Positions 18,116-26,040 of a stretch of DNA of 44,036 nt are shown here, one piece after another. Made by a program: the position numbers and the translations under genes. The notes beneath the pieces are model-generated. The model saw nothing but the letters and a program-made list of their open reading frames with translations, ran no database searches and was not told the DNA's origin. The stretch's first letter is position 1. Every line of letters starts with the position of its first letter. Source of the DNA: Candidatus Heimdallarchaeota archaeon (GTDB taxonomy: Archaea > Asgardarchaeota > Heimdallarchaeia > Hodarchaeales > Hodarchaeaceae). The stretch lies in NCBI GenBank assembly GCA_048881705.1, contig JBHLSH010000025.1:1-44036 (forward strand), given 5' to 3'.

Positions 18116-20554
18116 GTGTATAAAGTAATGTCACTTGATGGTTTAGCAAGAACAATGAATCTAAATTTTCAGGAATCCAAAATATATGCCTTATTACTCG
18201 CTTTAGGTCAAATAAGTTTTGGTGAGATCGTCCAACTTACCGAATTCACACCTGAAGATACTTCACGATCATTAGAGAGTCTAAAGAACATGGGCCATGT
18301 TCTAGAGGTTTCGGGAATAACTAATCGTTACCAGGCACTTATTCCATTCAAAGATTTGGAAACATCAGCCAAGGGAATTATTACAGAAGCCGAAGATACT
18401 ACTGGAGAACTGGATGCATATATTGGAGAAAAAACCGGGGTAATTCGCAATCAGATGAATGATGAATCTCAAAAGATTTCCAAAGGAATAATTGCAGCTC
18501 AGGCAGCCGTGAAACAAGCTGAAATGAAAGGAGAAGGAGATACTGAGGCGCGGATTGCACGATATACATTAGAAGTTGAACAAGCTACCGACCAAACGAA
18601 AAACGAAATCGCAGCTATTTTCCAAAGCAAACAATCAGAACACTCAGATGTCTTGGAACGAGTTAAGACCCAGTTCAGTCAATCTGCTAAGCAGATAGGT
18701 GATAACCTTCATGATGTCAATAGTAGTCTTCGATCAAAATATAATGAAGGTTTTACAGCTTTGAAGGAACAAGAAACGCTTCGTAGTAGCGAACTGACGG
18801 CCAAGCTTCAGGAATTAGCCACGAGTTCTCAAGCTGCATTATCAAAAGGTATAGAAAATGTCCAATCCTCCATCGCGAAAGCTGGAGACACTCTAGCTAA
18901 ATCTGTCGATGATCAAAAGAACGCTTTATCCTCCTATCTAGTTCAAGTGTCAGAGGGTGTTAAAGCAAAGGCTGTACAACTGAATGAGGTAAGTGGATCT
19001 CAGGTTAGTTCTTCTCTGAACACCAATACCGAAAATATACGACAGCGATTAGAATCAAGTAAAACTAGTGCTGTTGAGGTTTTGACAGGTGCCGGCAATT
19101 CTGTCAAAGACGGGACTACAGAATCTCTTCAGAGTTTGAAACAGACATTATCAGAAACTCTTACCGCTACGCAGACCCAACTTAACGCTATGATTAGCCA
19201 AGCCCAAGAAACTCTATCTCAACTTATTACCCAGGTCGATGGGACTGTAACTCAAACCCAAAACCAGATTCAGTCGAATCTAGATCAGTATTCAGAAAAA
19301 ATATCCTCCGAGGTGGATACAAACGTACAGAGGGCTTTGACCGACACAACATCACTTCACGATCGAAGTATTCAGGAAGCGCTTTCCTCCAATGAATTGG
19401 CCCGTGATGAAGTCACGGCGGCTTTTAACGCCTTTCTAGAATCAGCTGATTCCACATTGACAGAATTCAGAGCGAAAACGCAACAGGATATTTCTGCAAC
19501 AGTTGCTACCCTGAGGGGCGAAATTAATTCTCAGGTTGGATCTTTTTCAACTTCTATGGCACCTCAAATACAAATCCTAAACGAGGAGTTCTCGAAGCTG
19601 AAATCTTCATTATCAGTTTCCCAAACTGAATCTCTCGAGTCTTATCTTTCGACTCTTCAAGGAATGACCGAAAGCGTTGAACAACGCCATCAAGAAACGC
19701 AGAATCATATTACTCAAGCGATTGCTGCTCTGCAAGAAACAATTGAGCAAACAATGAATCAGATCCACCAGCAGTTTGTTGCGTACGATCAACAATACTC
19801 AGAAGCGCTTAATAGTTCTGCCATAAAGAATAGCGAACATATAATCGCCCAAACAGAGGAACTCAAAACTAGAACCATTGGGGTGGTTAATGAGCTATCT
19901 CAAGCTACATTACAGACACTCACAGGTATTGAAAGTCTTATTTCCACAGGTATCGACGCAGAGATCGCAGCATTTGAAAAAGGCTTCACTGGATTCACGG
20001 AAAAATTCCAAGAGGTTTCTAGAAAGACAGATCAAATGTTCCAAAGCTATATAGGTAGCCTTCGTCAACTTTCCACAGCTGCTACTACTATTAAGCGCCC
20101 AGAAGTACAGACTGCTCCAATTTTCTCCAAAGCGGCAACCCTTGATTACATTAACCAGATGTTTAATAGAATGAAGGGGGGTTTGACGCTTCTGATTCCT
20201 GATCCTCAAGAAATCCCCATCGAGAGTATCATGGCCACCAAGAATCACCAACGAGTTCAAGTTGTTTCAATCATAGATCCGGTGACTCATTCTGATATAC
20301 TGAAAAAATTGTTCCAGAAACCTAATGTCCGTGTTAGAAGTGTAGATCCATCTCGTTTTCCCGGAGTGGATCGAAATGTTGCAGCGGATCGAGATGGAGA
20401 AGAGGTTATAATTGGCGTTGTGGAGGATTCTGGAGAAACCGTTTCAGTTGCCAGCGAATCTAGAGCCTTTATACAACTCATGGGGAAGATCGTGATTGGA
20501 GGCACTTTTCTTGCCCAAAGTACGGAGATAAATCGTGCTCAAGTCGGGATGTAA
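18116..20554 (+). CDS. TrmB-like winged helix + long hendecad coiled coil + TrmB/PLD-like C-terminal domain
   Basis: N-terminus LNFQESKIYALLLALGQISFGEIVQLTEFTPEDTSRSLESLKNMGHV...RYQAL is a TrmB wHTH. About 590 aa of Q/S/T/E-rich helix follow. The C-terminal alpha/beta domain (INQMFNRMKGGLTLLIP...AADRDGEEVIIG) resembles the TrmB effector-binding fold. No Walker A. Confidence 0.75.
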   Translation: MYKVMSLDGLARTMNLNFQESKIYALLLALGQISFGEIVQLTEFTPEDTSRSLESLKNMGHVLEVSGITNRYQALIPFKDLETSAKGIITEAEDTTGELDAYIGEKTGVIRNQMNDESQKISKGIIAAQAAVKQAEMKGEGDTEARIARYTLEVEQATDQTKNEIAAIFQSKQSEHSDVLERVKTQFSQSAKQIGDNLHDVNSSLRSKYNEGFTALKEQETLRSSELTAKLQELATSSQAALSKGIENVQSSIAKAGDTLAKSVDDQKNALSSYLVQVSEGVKAKAVQLNEVSGSQVSSSLNTNTENIRQRLESSKTSAVEVLTGAGNSVKDGTTESLQSLKQTLSETLTATQTQLNAMISQAQETLSQLITQVDGTVTQTQNQIQSNLDQYSEKISSEVDTNVQRALTDTTSLHDRSIQEALSSNELARDEVTAAFNAFLESADSTLTEFRAKTQQDISATVATLRGEINSQVGSFSTSMAPQIQILNEEFSKLKSSLSVSQTESLESYLSTLQGMTESVEQRHQETQNHITQAIAALQETIEQTMNQIHQQFVAYDQQYSEALNSSAIKNSEHIIAQTEELKTRTIGVVNELSQATLQTLTGIESLISTGIDAEIAAFEKGFTGFTEKFQEVSRKTDQMFQSYIGSLRQLSTAATTIKRPEVQTAPIFSKAATLDYINQMFNRMKGGLTLLIPDPQEIPIESIMATKNHQRVQVVSIIDPVTHSDILKKLFQKPNVRVRSVDPSRFPGVDRNVAADRDGEEVIIGVVEDSGETVSVASESRAFIQLMGKIVIGGTFLAQSTEINRAQVGM

Positions 20555-20558
20555 AAGC

Positions 20559-20613
20559 GGAGGTTTCTCCCTTTTTCCCATATTAACCGTGAAAGACGGC
20601 TAGCTTTTTTTTT
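20559..20613 (+). terminator. Two short hairpins each followed by a T tract
   Basis: GGAG-gttt-CTCC then TTTTT, and CCGT-gaaag-ACGG then T9, between convergent genes. Confidence 0.45.
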
Positions 20614-20625
20614 CAAACGTACGCC

Positions 20626-21501
20626 TTAGGCCTCTGCTCTCCTTGTTGGAGAAATATAAATTTCATAGGGGGGATTCAATTCCTGTTCAGCTGTGATTTT
20701 CTCGTCCCTGAAGAGGTACAATAGCGATATCAAAACTCGGGCCCTAGTAAGCCGCTTCTGTTCATCTGTGTGCCCCCGTTCCTCCATCATTCTAACAACC
20801 TTGGAGAACTCCGCTTCCTTATTCTTATCCTGTTTTGCCAGGTTGATAATTGTCGTTAAAGTTTCTTTGACTATGTCTTCAATCTTAACCCTGCTTAAAT
20901 CAATATCATAATCAAAGCTTTCGAAGTCCGCTAGATCAAGCTTTCGGCGTTGTCTTTGTTGTCCAGCCTTAACACCTAATCTCTCTCGCTCTTCCTTAAT
21001 TCTCTCTAGTTTCTTCTTCTCTTCTTCCTCTTGCAGGCCGAGTAATAGCTCCGCATAAAAAGCGTCAGGATTCGCTGACTCAGCTAATGCTAGTAAATCT
21101 CTAGTTGTATAATATTCAAGGGGGATCTTAAATTGAAATGCTCGCCTCTTGGTCCGGATTTCTATTCTTTCCTCCTGTTTTTTCTCGTACTGGATGGCGA
21201 GACTTACTTTCTTCTTATGAATTCTGCTAGCTGAGTATATCGCTTGCCCTAATATTCTGAAATCGAGTCCTTCCTGTAATAATCTATTATAAAAGTCTCG
21301 AATGATTTCCTTTAATTTAAAATCCTTAACAAAGGATACGCGTTCTGGAAATAAATCTGGATTGATGAGATATACATACGGTTCCTCTAAGAAAAATGAT
21401 TGTTTGCTACTAAACAAGCGGATGTAATCATCTTCAAGATCTCCCTCTTCTTCCTCCGTGCTCTCATCCTGTTCATCCACTACGTCTTCGAGTTGGCTCA
21501 T
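20626..21501 (-). CDS. scpA: Kleisin, segregation and condensation protein A (archaeal-type)
   Basis: N-terminal kleisin helices (LKEIIRDFYNRL..LDFRILGQAIYSASRIHKKK) and C-terminal winged-helix cap-binding motif (RARVLISLLYLFRDEKITAEQE...EIYI). Confidence 0.8.
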   Translation of the reverse strand: MSQLEDVVDEQDESTEEEEGDLEDDYIRLFSSKQSFFLEEPYVYLINPDLFPERVSFVKDFKLKEIIRDFYNRLLQEGLDFRILGQAIYSASRIHKKKVSLAIQYEKKQEERIEIRTKRRAFQFKIPLEYYTTRDLLALAESANPDAFYAELLLGLQEEEEKKKLERIKEERERLGVKAGQQRQRRKLDLADFESFDYDIDLSRVKIEDIVKETLTTIINLAKQDKNKEAEFSKVVRMMEERGHTDEQKRLTRARVLISLLYLFRDEKITAEQELNPPYEIYISPTRRAEA

Positions 21502-21615
21502 TGATAGTCATCATCATATGAATATAGGTCTGAAGGATCCATTTAGTTCTTTCTTTGACTTCTTTCTTAAATATCCTCCTAAATTAATAGTACGCGAGTT
21601 GAAATTACCCAAGTT

Positions 21616-22818
21616 GTGTTAGAAGGTGATAAATTGGTCACAAAACAGATAGATGTAGAAAAAGCCCGATCGGATACCCCTGCGTGTGAGAATGTTATCC
21701 ATTTTAACAACGCCGGAGCGTCCCTCATGCCTGAGCCCGTTTTAAATTCTCTTATTGGGCACTTACGACTTGAAACCAGGATTGGGGGATATGAAGCTGA
21801 ATCGCAAGAAAAGAAAAAGATCGAGGCTGTTTACGATACTATTGCTTCTTTGATAAATGCTAGCCCAATAGAAGTCGCGTTAATAGAGAATGCGACAAGG
21901 GCCTGGGATATGGCCTTTTATTCGATCCCATTCATTGCCACCGATCGAATTCTAACCGCTAGGGCCGAGTATGCGAGCAATTTCCTAGCTTATCTGCAAA
22001 TTGCCAAGCGATATGGAACAACCATTGATGTAATTCCTAATGATAAATTTGGTCAGGTCTCGATTGAGGAACTAAAGCAGATGATTGATGATGATGTGAA
22101 ACTGATCAGTATCACCCACGTTCCAACCAATAGTGGATTAGTGAACCCTATAGAAAAAATTGGCGACATAGCAAACGAACATAATATAATATTCCTTATT
22201 GACGCGTGTCAATCGGTCGGGCAACTGCCGATAGATGTTAAAAAAATCGGCTGTGACATCCTCTCTGCTACCGGACGCAAGTATCTAAGAGGACCACGAG
22301 GAACTGGATTTCTCTTTATGAATGAAAATCTTATTGAAAAACTTGAACCTCCTTTCGTCGACCTGCATGCTGCCACGTGGTTATCAGAAGATCAGTTCCA
22401 TCTGAGAGAAGACGCGAGACGGTTCGAAAATTGGGAATCTTATGTGTCAGGAAAACTAGCTTTAGGCGAAGCTGTGAGTTACGCGGCGAACTGGGGTTTG
22501 GAAAATATCTGGTTTAGAATTCAGAAACTCGGACGAAGATTTCGTCAAAGATTAGGCAATATAACAGGTGTTGAGCTCAATGATATTGGGCGAACGAAAT
22601 GCGGGATTATCTCATTTAATGTGGAAGGGAGGGATCCGCGGGACGTCAAGGTTCAGTTGAATAAGAATAAGATCAACGTTTCCATATCTTCAAAGGAAGC
22701 TACCAGATTGGATATGGTATCTCGATCTTTAGATTCCGTTATTCGTGCATCAGTTCATTACTATAATACTGAGGAAGAAATCGACCAGTTTTGTGAAGTT
22801 ATTGAAACGTTTGTGTAG
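21616..22818 (+). CDS. Class V PLP-dependent aminotransferase (cysteine desulfurase/lyase-like)
   Basis: HFNNAGAS, IDACQSVGQ, PLP-lysine SATGRKYLRGPRGTG, RASVHYYNTEEEI. No Cys in the SufS/IscS catalytic loop region. Confidence 0.92.
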   Translation: MLEGDKLVTKQIDVEKARSDTPACENVIHFNNAGASLMPEPVLNSLIGHLRLETRIGGYEAESQEKKKIEAVYDTIASLINASPIEVALIENATRAWDMAFYSIPFIATDRILTARAEYASNFLAYLQIAKRYGTTIDVIPNDKFGQVSIEELKQMIDDDVKLISITHVPTNSGLVNPIEKIGDIANEHNIIFLIDACQSVGQLPIDVKKIGCDILSATGRKYLRGPRGTGFLFMNENLIEKLEPPFVDLHAATWLSEDQFHLREDARRFENWESYVSGKLALGEAVSYAANWGLENIWFRIQKLGRRFRQRLGNITGVELNDIGRTKCGIISFNVEGRDPRDVKVQLNKNKINVSISSKEATRLDMVSRSLDSVIRASVHYYNTEEEIDQFCEVIETFV

Positions 22819-23079
22819 AAAATGTCCCTTTATTCGATTCTTGTGAGACATGAGTTCATTTCTTTACCTTTTTTTTGCTCTAAGAATTGAATGAGTTCAT
22901 TGAAGGGTTATGACCTATCCAATTATATAACCCCTTACTCAAACACTGTGGGGTCGAATCGATAGAGGGTCTTGGAGTTTAATTAAATTTAAAAACGGAT
23001 TTGATCTACCATACATCTAGGATTGTGGATCAGGTTCAATAAGACATTATTGCGCTGAAAACCATTCATTGATTTAGTA

Positions 23080-25887
23080 TTGATCATCTGGGTGATATTA
23101 CGTATGTTTCACAATAGATTTTCCGAGTATTTAATGATTATAATAATTGGGGTAAATTCCTTCATACTAGCTATGGATCTAGCTATTTATGGCAATGTTT
23201 TGGCTTTAAATCAGAGCAATAACAATACACAAAGTGTTAATTCGCCCTTCTCAGAGAAAGTGAAAAGGAGAGCTGTAATTGGAGACACCTACAGGTATCT
23301 AAGCGATTTAGTCTCAATGAGACGGAGGATTGGTGAAACCGGGAAATCATGGAGTATTCGGGATGACTTCAGTACCGCAAATGATGCGGAGCAGTTTTTA
23401 TCAGATTTTTCACCGAATTTTATGAAGATAAATGCGGGCCCATACCTTCCTCACGCGCCTATCTACATAACCAACGATGCTGGTTTTACTAATCCCGCGA
23501 ATAACTTTACGGGGAAAGGTACTGAAGCAGATCCCTACACACTTACCGGATTTAACTTTACCGATAATACAGGAACATTGATACATATTCAAAACACTAC
23601 CGCTCATTTCGAAATATATGATAATATTCTAAATGGGATTGACAAGTCCAATACTGGTATCTTCCTTAGTGAGGTTATAAATGGAACAATTCTACTGAAT
23701 TTTGTCCAAAATGCAAATTATGGAATCTATTTACAGAAAACCAATGGCTCGTATCTGCTGAATAATTCGATCGTTGAGAGTTTGTACAATGGAATATTTC
23801 TTGCGGATTCGCCGCTTAACACTATTGGCGGAAATGACGTGATTGCCAACTCTGCGCACGGTATATCTGTAACAGCTTCTTCATATACAAGCATCTTTGA
23901 AAATGATGTACTAAACAATAGTTTGCACGGGATTTCAGGTTTTAATTCATCGTTTCTTACTCTAAAGGATAACTACGTCGAGAATAACAAGGGGAATGGA
24001 ATTGTACTCATGAGATCAGCCAACAGCGTTTTATCAAATAACAAGATAATGAGCAATGGCCAAAACGGGCTCGGGGTCGGGTATATCAATGACAGTTACA
24101 TCGATAGCAACATCATTGCCTATAATTCTGAGAATGGCATTACGGTGGGAATAAGTACGAATAACCTGGAAATTGTGTATAATGACGTGTTTGATAACCA
24201 TGGATGGGCTGGAATCGAACTTGGGTTGTCAAATGGAAGCAAGGTGAGTGATAATCTCGTTTACAACCACGATCTTGGCAATGGAATTACTCTTGGTTAT
24301 TTTGGCATGCCGCCCACCGATACCTATTTCGAAATTCACTATAATTCCATTTACAATAATAGATATAGAGGGATTAGGGTCGAATTTTCGAGTAGTAACA
24401 TGATTTCCTACAACGATGTTCACGATAACATGGAGGACGGAATTGATCTATATAACGCAAGTAAGAACGTAATTGAGTTTAACTCATTCTACAGGAATAC
24501 TTGGACCGGAATTTTGCTTATTAATAGCTCACATAATAACATTAGCGATAATTTTGTCGAGTCCAATCTGGCTCAGGGAATCTTCCTTGAGAACTCGAAT
24601 GATAATCTGGTTTATTTCAATACGATTTATGATAACTTTCTGGATGGGATCGCCCTCGTCAACTCTCATTATAATTTCATTGACGATAATGACGTGTCTT
24701 GGAATGGTCATGGAGGTTCTGGATCAGCGATCAGCCCTGCTACGCGATCCAGTACGAAACAGGCTCTACGTGGCAGTGGCATCTTTCTTGATCCCTCTAA
24801 TTACAATACTATCGTAAATAACTACGTAACGAATAATGGAGAAAATGGAATCTACCTGTTCGATTCAGATGTTACCCAGATTGCCAATAATATTGTTTCA
24901 GATAACCTAAACGGGGTTTTTCTACAGGAATCAGCATACAATAACATTTCTGAAAATTACATTTTCGATAACGGTCAAGAAAAGCAAGGTACGGTTCCTG
25001 CAGATCTTGATACAAGTTTTGCGATCAATCAGGCATTAAGGGGAAGTGGGATCTTCCTGGATCCTTCAGATTATAACAATATTTTCGGAAATCATGTATT
25101 TGGTAATACTGGGCACGGAATCTATCTCATTGACTCCACGGAGATTACGGTATCTGATAACGTGGTTTCAGTGAATGGTCTTTATGGGATTTACCTTGCC
25201 AGAACACTAACCACTTCAACAATCACGTTTAATGATTTTGGAGAGAATAATCTATTGAATCCGAATGCAGGGTCTCAAGCCTTTGATGATGGAGACGGCA
25301 ATGTTTTTGATATGAACTACTGGAGCGATCTTCAAGAAGGGCAAACTTCCTATGGGATCGATGGCTTATCGGGGAACTCAGACAATAATCCTTCCTTCGT
25401 GCCACTCCATTTTCCTGAAATTGAGCTTTACCCGCCTGTAGTTCAGTACCCTAATGGCGGAGAAACTCTCTCTGACATTGTGTCCGTTCAATGGAAGATG
25501 TCATATGCTGAAACTATTACATATTGGGTTTTCTATTCTGACGATGCGGGGATCAATTGGCAATTCATTCTTACGGGACTCGCAGGTCAGGTGATCTTCC
25601 CAGGGACTGTGACTGACTTCTCAATTGAATGGGACACAAAGAGTGTAGGTAATGGCGACGAATACTTGATAAAGGTTTTAGTAATGAATTCCGAGGGGTT
25701 CCTCACCCGTGATCTATCGGATGGAGTTTTTTCGATTAATAATACAGAATCAAATGTTGGTACTAGGACCACAACTACAACAACTCAACCTAGAATATCA
25801 CCAGGGTGGTCCATAGGCATATTACTCTTCACGATGGTCGTTACAATTGCTATATTAAGAAATAAATACAATAGCAGGAGACTATAG
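23080..25887 (+). CDS. Secreted right-handed beta-helix (NosD/PbH1) surface protein with Ig-like domain and CTERM anchor
   Basis: Many N-x-I-x-x-N...GI-x-L repeats, PNGGE Ig-like module, Thr-rich linker, SPGW + TM + basic tail. Exact start uncertain. Confidence 0.9.
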   Translation: MIIWVILRMFHNRFSEYLMIIIIGVNSFILAMDLAIYGNVLALNQSNNNTQSVNSPFSEKVKRRAVIGDTYRYLSDLVSMRRRIGETGKSWSIRDDFSTANDAEQFLSDFSPNFMKINAGPYLPHAPIYITNDAGFTNPANNFTGKGTEADPYTLTGFNFTDNTGTLIHIQNTTAHFEIYDNILNGIDKSNTGIFLSEVINGTILLNFVQNANYGIYLQKTNGSYLLNNSIVESLYNGIFLADSPLNTIGGNDVIANSAHGISVTASSYTSIFENDVLNNSLHGISGFNSSFLTLKDNYVENNKGNGIVLMRSANSVLSNNKIMSNGQNGLGVGYINDSYIDSNIIAYNSENGITVGISTNNLEIVYNDVFDNHGWAGIELGLSNGSKVSDNLVYNHDLGNGITLGYFGMPPTDTYFEIHYNSIYNNRYRGIRVEFSSSNMISYNDVHDNMEDGIDLYNASKNVIEFNSFYRNTWTGILLINSSHNNISDNFVESNLAQGIFLENSNDNLVYFNTIYDNFLDGIALVNSHYNFIDDNDVSWNGHGGSGSAISPATRSSTKQALRGSGIFLDPSNYNTIVNNYVTNNGENGIYLFDSDVTQIANNIVSDNLNGVFLQESAYNNISENYIFDNGQEKQGTVPADLDTSFAINQALRGSGIFLDPSDYNNIFGNHVFGNTGHGIYLIDSTEITVSDNVVSVNGLYGIYLARTLTTSTITFNDFGENNLLNPNAGSQAFDDGDGNVFDMNYWSDLQEGQTSYGIDGLSGNSDNNPSFVPLHFPEIELYPPVVQYPNGGETLSDIVSVQWKMSYAETITYWVFYSDDAGINWQFILTGLAGQVIFPGTVTDFSIEWDTKSVGNGDEYLIKVLVMNSEGFLTRDLSDGVFSINNTESNVGTRTTTTTTQPRISPGWSIGILLFTMVVTIAILRNKYNSRRL

Positions 25888-26040
25888 CCAACGGGCAATA
25901 CCTCTGCCCCAACGAAACGCTTTTTGAATTCATTTTAATCTTAACCCAATATTCCTTTACGAATTGGTATAAAGCGGTAAATATTTAGTTTACCCAAACA
26001 TCTAGGTCATAGCTGAAGCGAAAACAGCGGGGGTTTTCCC

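Noticed and set aside
18116-20554. Calling the 812-aa coiled-coil protein SMC because it lies beside scpA/scpB
   Set aside because: No Walker A/B, signature motif or hinge. The termini are TrmB-like.
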